In this document: one piece after another, positions 48,700-61,505 of the stretch
Layout: every line of letters starts with the position of its first letter
Position numbering within the stretch: position 1 is the first letter of the stretch
From: Octopus bimaculoides
Taxonomy: Eukaryota
NCBI RefSeq assembly: GCF_001194135.2
Contig: NC_069002.1
Coordinates: 18,823,371 to 18,884,875, forward strand
DNA length: 61,505 nt
Direction of reading: 5' to 3'
The notes under the pieces: generated by a model
Seen by the model: the letters and a program-made list of their open reading frames with translations, nothing else
The model's database searches: none
What the model was told of the DNA's origin: nothing
Translations under genes and position numbers: made by a program

Positions 48700-50262
48700 T
48701 GTGTGGTATAACTGGCTCTCCGTCGGTTACAACGAAAAGTCTTCCAGTTGATCTGAAATTAACGTGAAATTGTGCAAGTGACTGAGCGCTTCACAGATAC
48801 GCGTACCCTGAACTTAATTCTGTAGGAGACTCAGCGTGACACAGAATAAGTTAAGGTCAGGTGCTACTCACTTTTGCCAGCTGAGTGGACTGAAGCAACG
48901 CGAAATAAAGTGTCTTGCTCAAGGACATCATGCACTGCCGAGTAACAAACTCACGACTTTACGATCATGAGCCGAATATCCCTAAGCACTAAGTCACGGG
49001 CCGTTATTCACACACACACACATACACACATACACACACACACACACATACACACACCAACACACACACATTTCTGTGTGAGTTAGAGGTTGAGAAACCT
49101 ACATAACACTGAACTGATTGAGATAACTTGTAAGATTTTGTTGCCTCTTGACAGAAACGGCCGTAAGGGACTAGTACCTGCACACCCTTTTACATTTTTG
49201 CCCATTTTCTCATTTGCTCAGTTGCTCATTTCTTTCTATATACTTATATGTATTCCCACCCTTGTCTATGCACTTACCAGCTTTCTCCACTCGCTAATCT
49301 GTATCACTCATACATGTGTGTGTATTCATCCTTTACAATTCAATAAATAGACATACTCGAACGTTCACCGGCTGATGTCTGTCGATTTTATATCCTCTCC
49401 GTTTTCTTATTTGCTGCATANNNNNNNNNNNNNNNNNNNNNNNNNNNNNNNNNNNNNNNNNNNNNNNNNNNNNNNNNNNNNNNNNNNNNNNNNNNNNNNN
49501 NNNNNNNNNNNNNNNNNNNNNNNNNNNNNNNNNNNNNNNNNNNNNNNNNNNNNNNNNNNNNNNNNNNNNNNNNNNNNNNNNNNNNNNNNNNNNNNNNNNN
49601 NNNNNNNNNNNNNNNNNNNNNNNNNNNNNNNNNNNNNNNNNNNNNNNNNNNNNNNNNNNNNNNNNNNNNNNNNNNNNNNNNNNNNNNNNNNNNNNNNNNN
49701 NNNNNNNNNNNNNNNNNNNNNNNNNNNNNNNNNNNNNNNNNNNNNNNNNNNNNNNNNNNNNNNNNNNNNNNNNNNNNNNNNNNNNNNNNNNNNNNNNNNN
49801 NNNNNNNNNNNNNNNNNNNNNNNNNNNNNNNNNNNNNNNNNNNNNNNNNNNNNNNNNNNNNNNNNNNNNNNNNNNNNNNNNNNNNNNNNNNNNNNNNNNN
49901 NNNNNNNNNNNNNNNNNNNNNNNNNNNNNNNNNNNNNNNNNNNNNNNNNNNNNNNNNNNNNNNNNNNNNNNNNNNNNNNNNNNNNNNNNNNNNNNNNNNN
50001 NNNNNNNNNNNNNNNNNNNNNNNNGAGGCAGATAAAGGGAAACTGAAGCCATAAAAATTAAAAGTTAAATTTTTCATTATATTTTCGAAACATCAAGAAG
50101 AAAAAAAAATGAAATGTCCTGTAGATTGAATATTCACAAGATGTGAAAGATTAATGAATGTATTTCAGTACGAAAATGTATTTATTTCTACAATTTATTT
50201 CTACGAGGTGTATAAGTCTTATGCACGCTTTAAATTTCCAAGTCTATCAGCTATCGACAGCC
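47894..50262. repeat. Old direct duplication: 47894-48125 and 50025-50262 (~80% identical)
   Basis: gcagataaag[a/g]gaaactgaag...cctgtagattgaa...ttcagtacgaaa...cagctatcgacagcca aligns colinearly. Confidence 0.85.
48705..49001 (-). mobile_element. SINE family D (tRNA head; central domain related to family C)
   Basis: Minus strand: gtgacttagtgcttaggg...gtccttgagcaagacactttatttcgcgttgcttcagtccactcagctggc...gtaaccgacggagagcc. Confidence 0.8.
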
Positions 50263-51715
50263 AGAGTGGAGTAAGTGGAACAAGAAGAACAATGAAGTAA
50301 GTAGAGCAAGAACACACAAAAACGAAAAGTGTCGCTGAAGAGGACACAGATGTGTGATGGAACATTTCCAGACAATGGACAGGAGTTAAATTAAGTACAG
50401 TAATAAACGAGTGAAGAAAAATATATAGTGCGTATGTAAAAGAAAAAGAGCCAAAAAATGACTACCCCGAAATACAATAATATATGTTTCAACACACGAT
50501 TTCACACCAAGAATCTTGCAANNNNNNNNNNTATATATATACATACATACACATATGTATATGTATGTGTGTGTGTGTAAAATACATGTGTGTGTGTGTA
50601 TGTAAAATATGTGTGTGTGTGTGTATGTAAAATACATGCTGAGACACAGAAAGTTTAGCAATAAGAAAATTAGAATGTAATATCTTATACTTTTGACGTG
50701 TTGACAAAGGTCAGTTTCTTAACAGTGCGTTAAGCCTTTGTTTATTTTCTCAAATGTCATTATCCTCCGTATAGACATTTTTCAATGGTCTTTGGCGATG
50801 TCGCTGCTGTCATTAGTTGTGTTTTAGTGGAGGCGCTATTTCGGACCAGTTTCATGCCTTGCATAACATTTGACTAGCGATCATTGTAATCGATTTCGAT
50901 CGGGTCATTTCTCGACAGCTTTCTTCGAACTCATGAATAGGTTTGTTTTCATTACTCTGCAGGAGATTTGCGGTATATTCACTTCTGAACATATTTCTAG
51001 AATACACAGGAAGCCGACCAAAAGACGGCACAAAAAGAGTTTTCAAATAAACGATTTCAACTGGGATTATCGAATTTCTCTTGACATTTTCCAAATGTTT
51101 GACTCTAATTGTAACTTCTTACATCTCCCCAGTCAGAAAATACTTGTTGCCAGGCGACAGGAACTCCATGAGATTATCTAATGAAATCTGAAAATTGATC
51201 AGAGCACCTGAAACTGACGAAAATGCCACCAATGTTCTCACCTTCGCCAAAATCCAAAAACAAATTTTCTATGGAAATAATAGTTAATGTTAAATGATAT
51301 TCCACGACACTGGTCAACACCTGAAAATATATAATCAAGAAAAGTAGTAAATAATTCTTTACAGTAAAACACAATTCCACCAACGCTATTTGAAATTGTT
51401 TAAATTGTCTGCTGTATGTGAACTCATTGGAAATTTATTTGAAAAATTTCTAACGGAAATCATTTGTAAGAGAGTTAAAAATGTATGAAAGAACAGACTT
51501 ATTTTAAAGTTTCCGAATATGTCTTCGAAATCAGGAAATATTTTGGAACAATGCCGTTCAGCTTGCGGGTAACTGACATGCAAAGTGTGTGTGTGTGTCT
51601 GTGTCTGTGTGTGTGTGTGTGTGTGTATGTGTGTGTGTGTGTGTGTGCGTGTGTGTGTGCGTATATGTTTGTGCGCGTGTTTGTACTTGCACCCGTGTTT
51701 AGGTATGTATATATT

Positions 51716-51882
51716 AGCATGTATCAGTGGTTAGAACGTCAGGCTTACAATCGTGAGGTTGTGAGTTCGATTCGCGGACCGAGTTGGGTGTTGTGTTCTT
51801 GACCGAGACACTTTATTCCAAGTTCCACCAGTTCACTCAGCTGTAGAAATAAGCTGCGACCTCACTGGTGCCCAGCTGTATT
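51716..51882 (+). mobile_element. SINE family C, 5' half
   Basis: tcagtggttagaacgtcaggcttacaatcgtgaggttgtgagttcgattc...cagttcactcagctgtagaa. Confidence 0.85.
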
Positions 51883-51884
51883 CT

Positions 51885-52307
51885 GCACAATGGACTTGGA
51901 ATGACGAATGTCTCTGCTCTCACAAAAACTGACAAAAGGCTTCTTGTTCCATCAAGACAATGTCCCAGCACACAAGTCCTTTATTTCATTCGCTACTGTG
52001 GATGACTGCGGCTTTTAACTGCTTGATCAGCCTCCCTATTCTCTTGATTGGTACCCATTTGGTTATCAACTTTTCACAAGTATGAAAAAACACTTTGGTG
52101 GGAACCAGTACCGCAATGATGGTGACGTCATAACTACTTCTGAGGACGATTTTGAGCAAGAGATGGAAGCTTCTTCACCAATGGGATAAAAGCACTACAA
52201 TACCAATGGAAAAAGGGGGTTGACCTTCAGGTGGACAATGTTGAAATATAACCTCAACTGGTTTCATTCCAAGAGAATATTTTGGCCAGCCTAAGCCGAC
52301 CCTCGTA
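51885..52307 (+). mobile_element. Mariner (irritans-like) 3' fragment
   Basis: LFHQDNVPAHKS; QPPYSLD; FFTNGIKALQYQWKK; ends ..gaccctcg-ta. Confidence 0.8.
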
Positions 52308-52451
52308 TATTTAGACAAATGAATATACTTTTACATGAAGTATAGAAAATATGGAAACCATTTGTCAGTATATAAATATATCTATATGTTCATATAAGAA
52401 CATATATATATATATATATACAAGTACATATATGTGTATACACATACTTAC

Positions 52452-52486
<35 letters not shown>

Positions 52487-52519
52487 TCTATATATATATA
52501 TATATATGCATTAACCATA

Positions 52520-52562
<43 letters not shown>

Positions 52563-52574
52563 ACACATACACCG

Positions 52575-55500
52575 AAACAACACATTGCATCCCTTTCGTT
52601 ATCCTTACCGAAACCCGCCTAAACAGCACTCACATAGATGCCGAGGTAAAAATAAAAGATTTCACCATCATCCACGCAGATCGTACCGACCGAAATAAAG
52701 GGGGGACAGCCATCTTTCTTCATGACTCCTTTTCAGTTGATGCCAAGGACGTATTTTCCAATGGCTATTATGAATCCATATCACTATTCAACAAGGCCAA
52801 AGACGTAATCATTGTTGGTCTTTACAGGCCCCAACCCAAGCACCTCTAAAGTGCCNNNNNNNNNNAGGACGTATTTTCCAATGGCTATTATGAATCCATA
52901 TCACTATTCAACAAGGCCAAAGACGTAATCATTGTTGGTCTTTACAGGCCCCAACCCAAGCACCTCTAAAGTGCCTTGAAGAGTGCCTCAACAAAATCAA
53001 GTCCTTCCTTCAAAAATACCACTCCGGAAACATACTAGTGATGGGTGATTTTAACCTCCCTCATATAAACTGGCCCACAAATACTCTGAAGTTAGGCAGA
53101 TGCTCTACATTAGAATTACTCNNNNNNNNNNAATACTCTGAAGTTAGGCAGATGCTCTACATTAGAATTACTCTTTAATCTAATGGATAAATTCTTCCTG
53201 ACTCAGCTAGTGCTCGAACCAACAAGACAGAATGAAACGATCTTGGATCTAATATTAACCAACCACTCTAGCTCCGTTCACAGCATTTCAGTTGAAAAAA
53301 CTCTCCTCTCAGACCACGACATGATACTCTGCAATTTTAATTCCCGGCATATCAAAACCAAACCAGCCAATCCCACTCCACGGCACTCATTTGACAACAT
53401 AAACTTCCACAAAGCGGACTGGGGAGCAATCAGAAAGGATCTATCCTTCATCGATTGGTCTTTCACTCTCAAGTCTACTCACATTGAAACCACATGGCTG
53501 CACTTTGAGAACATTGTTACCTATACATGCTCAAAACACGCTCCAACGAAATCCACGAATACAAACAGAAACCGGCTCCCTAAAAAGACAAAAGAAAAAG
53601 CCACTCCTCAGGCGCATCGAAAGACTCAATAAAAAAGTCAACCGATTAAAATACTCCCACGTACAACATCCACATTCAACAACAATGAAAAGGCTGGAGT
53701 TGGAAAAACTTAATCTGCAGACCAACATGAAAACCTGCATTGAAAATCAAAGAGCTACAGAGGAACAGTTGGTAATCAAAAAAAAAAAAATCAAGCAGAA
53801 CCCAAAATTGTTCTATTCATATGCAGATAAGCATAGGACCGCTGTCTCACTCGTTGGTCCATTGATCGATGATAACGGCATTCTCCAACACAATGCTAAA
53901 GAAATGGCAGAAGTGCTGCAGAAACAATACTGATCTGTTTTTAGTAATCCCATTGATATTGACATAAGGGATGTGAACGAAGTCCATTCCCAACATATAA
54001 TCTTGGACATAATCTTTACTGCTTCAGACATCATAGCAGCAATAAATGAGGTCAAATACTATTCTTCTGTAGGCCCTGATTTATTCCCCGCTAGTCTCCT
54101 GAAGGAATGTAGACACCAACTTGCAGTCCCTCTGACCAAACTCTGGAGAAATTCTTTAGACTCAGGTTATATACCGAAACAGCACCTATTCCAGTCTATC
54201 ATCTCGGTTTTCAAACAGGCAAACAGATCCCTCGTAGTCAACTATCATCTAATCTCACTCACCTCCCATATCAGTAAAATGTTTGAAAGGGTGGTGAGAT
54301 CAAGGATAGCTGGCTTCCTGCAGAGCCACAAAATCCTAAATTCAAACCAGCATGGCTTTCGTTGCGACAGGGATTGTCTAACGCATCCCTTGCACCAGAT
54401 CGATGATATCCTTAAAGCCTTAGGAACAGGTTCGAACTCTGATATATATCTTGACTTCAGTAAAGCATTAGACAGAGTTGACCATCATAACCTATTGTTA
54501 AAATTGTCAAATGTTGGAATCCGTGGAAAACTTCTACACTGGATTAAGTATTTTCTGGAGGACAGAACTCAACACGTTGTGATCGGTGGAATCCACTCAA
54601 GCCCAGCAAATGTCACCAGTGGTGTCCCTCAGGGCACTTTCTGGGTCCCGCTCCTCTTTATAATCTATATAAACGACCTTTCCAGCATCATAAAACACAG
54701 GTAAGTGAAAATATTCGCTGATGATTCTAAACTCCAGAAAATTATCAATGAAGAAGATGACCGAACTCAACTTCAGTCTGATCTACATGCTGTGAGTCAA
54801 TGGGCAAACACAAACAAAATGCAGCTAAACGAGGGAAAATTTGAGTTGATGCATTTTGGGAAAAAGATTATGCTAAAACATTCATACTCTCTCCTTCAGG
54901 CGAACCTCTCCCAGCATCTAATGATATCAGAGATCTAGGAGTAATTGTTGATGACAATCTCAGCTGGAGTGTCCACATGAACTATAAGGTCGATATAGCT
55001 CGTAGAATGATCTCCTGGATCCTAAGAACTTTCCGGTCCAGAGAACAAGGTGCCATCATTCCACTCATCTCCTCCTTTGTACGGCCACACCTCGAATACT
55101 GCTGCCCCCCTGTAGTCTCCCCATACGAAACAAAACATCTCGAAAATTGAATCACCACAGAGGTCATTCACAAAAAGAATTAAGGGCATGACTGATCTCG
55201 ATTACTGGGACCGCCTTAAAGTATGAAAACTCTACTCTCTCCAGCGCCGCCGCGAGCGATACATCATTTGCACGATGTGGAGAATATAACACCATCATTA
55301 CCCAAACGGCCTCAACTTAGCATCAAAATTCATCCAAGGCTGGGACCACGTGCCATACGTTCCCTACCCAATTCAGGATCACGACACATAAATACACTGC
55401 AACACTTTTTCTTTTCTTCAACATGCCCTATTCAACATTGCCCCGAAACAGTTCAAAGAGGAATAGGATCCCATTACCTTTAAAAGGAATCTGGATAAAT

Positions 55501-55692
55501 TTCTTCAAGGAATACCAGATAAGCCACCTATAACTAGATACAACTCACTCAACAAGAACTCTCTTCTCGAATGAACCATGATACCACAAAACTTAGCTTA
55601 AAAGGTATTAGATAATCCTATGAAGTGTGCTATTAAGCAAGATATGGCCTGGACCAATCTTTGGTCGAAACATACCTAAGTTTATCTAAGTT

Positions 55693-55695
<3 letters not shown>
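52575..55695 (+). mobile_element. CR1-group LINE ORF2 (APE endonuclease plus RT), near full length, inactive
   Basis: ILTETRL; GGTAIF; GLYRP; MGDFNLP; ILDLILTN; SDH; YLDFSKALDRVDH; SGVPQGT; IFADDSK; DLGVIVD; repeated ctaagttta tail. Several stops and frameshifts. Confidence 0.95.
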
Positions 55696-55733
<38 letters not shown>

Positions 55734-56038
55734 AGAGAGATACATTGGTATCTTGTGCGTTCCACTAATGGTTCTCAAAGCCATTAATATTTCTCAGGCA
55801 GTAACATTGCACTTCGTCAAGCACAATTAAAAAAAGTGGCTTACGATATGTTTATTTAAAGCTTTGACGACACCATTCAGCATAACTGCATCCAATGAAA
55901 GGAACATATTCACTAAATAAGATAATATTAATACTTGTTGTTTATCCTATCCACAAACTTATGATATTTACGAAATAGGCGTGACATGACTATGTCTTTT
56001 ATTTATAGCAAGACTCGGGCGTAACCTTTGTACATGTA

Positions 56039-57267
56039 TTAGGTCGTTTCACATGAAATGTCGCATTTTTAATTACTTGTTATTTCACTCATTTAAAAAC
56101 TCAATTATGTATACCTTGCATTCAATCTTGACCCTTTTTCTTTCCCATCTCTATTGGTATACAAAATTCGTACCCACAAACCCTATGAAGATGATATCAA
56201 CCAAACTATGTTGAGTGATTTTCTCGTATGAGTACAAACTGGGTCACTCTGCTGCAGAAGCTCTACGGAATATCAAGCGGGCCTTTGGTAATGGTCTTGT
56301 TGATAGAAGAACTGCTCAGATATGGTTTCAAAGCTCTCGTTCAGGATATGATAGCCTTGAAAATAAACCAAGCGGTAGGCCAAAACCAGTTATTCGGCAT
56401 GATGGATTAAATGCTTTGGTTGAACAAAATCCGAGAACAAAGATTCGATAACTTTCATCAGAACTCCAAACATCTCGCACAACTGTTTTTGGACACCTGT
56501 AAAAAATTGGAAAAATTAAGAAAACGGATAGGTTTGTTCCACATCAACCAAACGAGATTAAATAAGAAACAGATGCCTCGAAATGTGCACCTTATAGCTT
56601 TCTCGACTAGAAAATGACAAATTTTGCATCAAATCATTACTTGTGATGAGAAATGGATACTCTTTGACGACAGTAGGAGAACAGGACAGTGATTAGATGC
56701 AGGAGAGTCACCTAAACAATTACCCAAACCCACCATTGCACTATTAAAAGTTAGTGGTCACTGTATGGTGGTCTGTGAAGGAAACTACTCATTTTTGCAA
56801 CAAAGAAAAACGGTAACAGCAACATCGTATTGCCAGGAAATTGATTGTATGCATGAGAATTTGAAAAAGAAGCAACCCAGACTAGTGAATAGAGATGGCC
56901 CAACTTTGCTCCACGACAATGCACATCCTCACACTCCTCAAGCTATGGTCCAAAAGTTGTAATGCCTGAATTATGAGATTTTGCAACATCCTCCCTATTC
57001 CCCTGATATCTCTCCTACTGATCATTACTTATTTAAGCATTTTGAGCTTTTCATAAGCAATAAAACATTCTAAAATAGAGAAGAGATAATTGAAGCATTC
57101 GGACAATTTATCACAGCAAAGGATGTATTTTTTAAAAGATGGAATATATGGGTAAACGTCATAGATGAACATGGATCATACTTTGATTAAATAAATCAGT
57201 TCTCTAACACTTCTGAAAGATTTTATTGTTACCTTTCAAATACGACATTTCATGTGAAACAACCTAA
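56039..57267 (+). mobile_element. Full-length mariner (1229 bp, D,D34D, Hsmar1/cecropia-like), inactivated
   Basis: 25-bp TIR ttaggt[c/t]gtttcacatgaaatgtcg with one mismatch; TA TSD at 56037-38 and 57268-69; GRPK, FVPH, TCDEKW, LHDNA and HPPYSPDISPTD, with 34 positions between the second and third D. Confidence 0.95.
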
Positions 57268-57907
57268 TATTTATAGTTGACATCATCAGAATTTATAAAT
57301 TTTCGAGAGAATTTGGTTTAATTCTTGTTTCCTTTTTGATTCTCGAAGTACATATAGAGCCATGAATTATAGGATGTAAATATTGTTTGTTTACATCTGA
57401 CATCTGACGATACGTAACGTTGAAGCACAAAATCAGTGCCGACTATAATTTCTATAGAAATATCCTTAACAAAATAATGTAGGACGTGGTGTTCATTCAT
57501 AGAAAAATTTAATATACTTTATACTATATTATGCTTGCATAACGAAATTCAACGTGCCTACAAGACTTTATTAATAGATACAGGGTTGGAAAGTCCTTTA
57601 GGAGAGAAATAGTTGAAGGCTGCCTGTGGTACACGAACCCACAACTGTTGTACACATGACAGTCAATCTACCACTGTAGCAAAAGTAATCCGAATTTCTA
57701 TAACCATTTCAGGAAATGCATTCTTTCCACTGAGAATTGTATGCTGTTAGCATCATGAAAAGTTGAAACAGGAATTGTTGGTTCGAGTCCTACGAGTAGT
57801 CTTCCAAAGTTTCTATCCAAAAGGGTTTTTCAACTCAGTAAATACATTCTGTTATTTATATCTTATTATGTATTTCGAGAACTAATTACGAAAAACAAAA
57901 AAATGCG

Positions 57908-57962
<55 letters not shown>

Positions 57963-58501
57963 NNNNNNNNNNNNNNNNNNNNNNNNNNNNNNNNNNNNNN
58001 NNNNNNNNNNNNNNNNNNNNNNNNNNNNNNNNNNNNNNNNNNNNNNNNNNNNNNNNNNNNNNNNNNNNNNNNNNNNNNNNNNNNNNNNNNNNNNNNNNNN
58101 NNNNNNNNNNNNNNNNNNNNNNNNNNNNNNNNNNNNNNNNNNNNNNNNNNNNNNNNNNNNNNNNNNNNNNNNNNNNNNNNNNNNNNNNNNNNNNNNNNNN
58201 NNNNNNNNNNNNNNNNNNNNNNNNNNNNNNNNNNNNNNNNNNNNNNNNNNNNNNNNNNNNNNNNNNNNNNNNNNNNNNNNNNNNNNNNNNNNNNNNNNNN
58301 NNNNNNNNNNNNNNNNNNNNNNNNNNNNNNNNNNNNNNNNNNNNNNNNNNNNNNNNNNNNNNNNNNNNNNNNNNNNNNNNNNNNNNNNNNNNNNNNNNNN
58401 NNNNNNNNNNNNNNNNNNNNNNNNNNNNNNNNNNNNNNNNNNNNNNNNNNNNNNNNNNNNNNNNNNNNNNNNNNNNNNNNNNNNNNNNNNNNNNNNNNNN
58501 N

Positions 58502-58570
<69 letters not shown>

Positions 58571-60141
58571 AACAAACAAACAAAAATGCATGTATTTATG
58601 TATATATCTGTATGATTGTATAAAATGTTACAAAATACTGTCGCAAATAAAAGAGACGATAGGCAGATGGGTCCCGGACATTTGTGACGCTAATTCCCCA
58701 AATCGATCCTGCGACTTACCTCCATCCAAATGGTATGTTTTAATATCACATGCAAGACATATAGTTTGCCTGCATTAAGTAGATACATATAGCAACATAG
58801 AGAAATGTGCAAAATGGACGTCTGTTAAGTGTGTATTTCAAGCGAGAGTCCAGCACTCAATAACAGCCCTTAATAGATCAAAAAGGTGATAAGCTCTTGT
58901 GTTTCACTCATTGAATTGTTCCTTTCTAATTTAATTACGTCTACATTTTTCTCTATTGCGTATTTTTGTACTGGTTCATCGGTGGGTTGTAAGACCTTCG
59001 GCTCACGGCAACGCTTAGTCTGGCATGCGGCTCGAAGAAATGTTCAAATCGTCAATTTCGTTTAGTTCAAAAATAGTTTTATGTATGTATATATATATAT
59101 ATATATATGTATGTATATACATATATATCATTGCTATTATATTAAACAGTCGTATGTCCACATTTGGCCAGATGCGTTGTTTTCATTATTTACTTTTGCT
59201 TCCATTAGCCAGTTCCTTTGGATCATAAACTTCACTATCATCTCCTAGTTTTCTTTCTTTGTTTCTAATTTAATTTGTTATATACGGACTCCGTAAATCA
59301 TTCAGTTTGCCAACATTATATGAACGAGTGATTTGAAAATTTGGCCATAGCCGAACCGCAGGTCTCTATACATCGATATCTTTATATAGATTTCGTATCG
59401 GAAGAGAATGTATTGTAGTTTGTGTGATACGCCGAAATATTAAGTCTGCACTAATTTTGAAATTTGTTAACATCATTAATACCAAGTATAATGAGAGAGT
59501 GATTACCGTTCTCGCGCTCTCATTATACTTCAACGTAGAAAAATGTTTTGTGAGGTTTAATAAGCTGAAAACTACATCATTCATTATGAATTATTATGTT
59601 TAGAGGTGGTACAGTGTTGTATGAATTAAGGTAGGTGAATCTTAAGTTTTCTAAAACAATTTAGCTATTATCTCGTTGATAATCCAGTTGCATGTTATTT
59701 TATGTGGAATATACATATTTTATCGGTTGAAGGAAGTTGTCGCTGAGATAAGAAAAATAAAGGCAGGCTTTATAAATTTATGCTATGACGAATACGGTGA
59801 ATATGATCTATGACATTGCAAAACAAAATGTGGGCCTTGTAAGATTTTTATTCTTAGTCGTTGAAGCGGAGCTTTTGTGTGGCCAATCAGCAAATTCAAT
59901 GGACTGAATTAGCCAATGGAATTAAATTATCATATCCGGCTGAAAATTCACTTAGAAAAGGGATAGTTGTACTTTTATATTTAATATAAAGAAAAGAAAC
60001 ACAGGCACTACACAGCCTAATTCATTCAAACGGATGCCTGAAATCGAAATAACATTTGAAGTATATGCTTAATACAGGCCATGCATTCATGTGGAAATAA
60101 TTAAGTGGGTTTCTTTCAACAGTCACCCTAAAGATATATGC

Positions 60142-60237
<96 letters not shown>

Positions 60238-60264
60238 GTGTGTGTATCGAGAGAGAAATTCATT

Positions 60265-60313
<49 letters not shown>

Positions 60314-60479
60314 TTAGAAATATGTATACTTGAATGATCCGGTATATGGATATGTATGCGAGTCCATACATTGGACTGGGTGTTCGGGCCAAATTTTTTG
60401 CCTTTGTTTTTTGAGGAACAATGTGATATATTGTTGAATATTTAGCGGTAATGAACACCATAAATATTTATCTCAAATT

Positions 60480-60668
60480 TTGGCAGAGGGTTAGCAATTT
60501 TAGGGAAAAGGTAAGTCGGTTGCATCAACCCCAGTATTCAACTGGTACTTATTTTATCGAACTCGACGTGATGAAGTCCACCTCGGCGGAATTTGCTCTC
60601 AGAACGTAAAAACTGACGACTTACCACTAAGCATTTTGCCCGACGATTCTGCCAGTTTGCCGCCTTGA
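60480..60668 (-). mobile_element. SINE family A
   Basis: aactggcagaatcgtcgggcaaaatgcttagtgg...aaattccgccgaggtggac...gataaaataagtaccagtt. Confidence 0.8.
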
Positions 60669-61068
60669 TGGACAGTATAAATAATAAAGAATAAAGAATC
60701 AGTTCAGAAAAAGTTAGCTGACACGGAGGAGTGGAATCCATTTGGATATTGCAAAAGAGTTACCTGTTTCATGATGACTCGAAATATGCTTGTGACATTC
60801 GGGAAGGGAACAGAGGGAGAAGCGGTGCGTCTGGGAATTTAATGGATAAAAGCAGTGAGCAGATGTGAGGCTTACACACTTTTAAAGTATAAGAAAGGAT
60901 TGCTTTATCCTTGATAACTGCACTGAATTTGCATTTAATATTTAAAATAATATGCGTAAACATAGTTTAACTGACGTAATGTTTGCGTCTGCCTAAAAGC
61001 TGTTTGGTGCTGATATTGTTCACACACACACGCGCACACACACGCACACACACACACACACACACACA

Positions 61069-61145
<77 letters not shown>

Positions 61146-61453
61146 ACAGAGGTATATATGTGTGTATGTGTGCATGTATGTACGTCATCCATTATTCATG
61201 TTTTTATGGTTGTATATTGTTAATGCACTGGTGTTGATATTTCACTTATTTCACTTATTTGAATTCCGTAAAACGATTGCCTACTTCCTCAGTTGGTGTA
61301 GCAACAGATTCACGTGACGCACATTCACTCACGCACACTGGTAGACAGTTAGAGAGACAGATACAAAAGCATATATCCACACAAATAGACAAATATTAAT
61401 ATATGTAAATACATAGAGACGCACAGGCCCATGTACTCATCGACAGAAATTAT

Positions 61454-61505
<52 letters not shown>

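Noticed and set aside
50700-51585. Hydrophobic ORFs with LTIISIEN (DRY-like) and FENSFCAVF (TM7-like)
   Set aside because: The two motifs are only ~77 codons apart, versus ~170 expected; left unassigned.
52746-53172. Apparent internal tandem duplications in the CR1-group LINE (52746-52855 vs 52867-52975; ~53082-53121 vs 53132-53171)
   Set aside because: Identical sequence on both sides of 10-N gaps is a contig-overlap artefact.
54698-54707. Perfect splice donor AG|gtaagt inside the RT
   Set aside because: It coincides with an in-frame nonsense codon in a dead LINE, and the frame continues to IFADD.
57318-57500. IIVGTDFVLQRY resembling a retropepsin C-terminal motif
   Set aside because: No catalytic D(S/T)G, gag, RT or LTR was found nearby.
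58655-58735. RWVPDICDANS resembling the Cys-loop receptor WxPD motif, with a gtatgt donor
   Set aside because: There is no polypyrimidine acceptor and no other receptor exons in the window.

Overview
AT-rich, microsatellite-saturated, gap-riddled animal genomic DNA. The SINE families and repeat content look like a coleoid cephalopod (Octopus-like); that assignment is an inference. There is no intact host gene, and nearly all ORF-track entries are artefacts of microsatellites or N-runs. Most interpretable sequence is decayed mobile DNA: about four SINE families, RLE-type (R4/Dong-like) LINEs, CR1-group LINEs (one near full length), four Penelope-like (PLE) pieces, five mariner pieces (one full-length D,D34D copy with TIRs and TA TSD) and a maT-like Tc1/mariner. 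Less obvious signals found by hand: (1) two PLE-type minimal hammerhead ribozymes in inverted orientation around an (ATT)n/gap/(AAT)n centre; (2) two decayed single-exon class A GPCR pseudogenes not shown by the ORF track, plus a weaker third trace; (3) a mariner made of two inverted 5' ends; (4) a ~1.9 kb tandem duplication with an almost identical core; (5) candidate exons that could splice into a 60-aa ORF. All identities are by-eye estimates and no database search was run.
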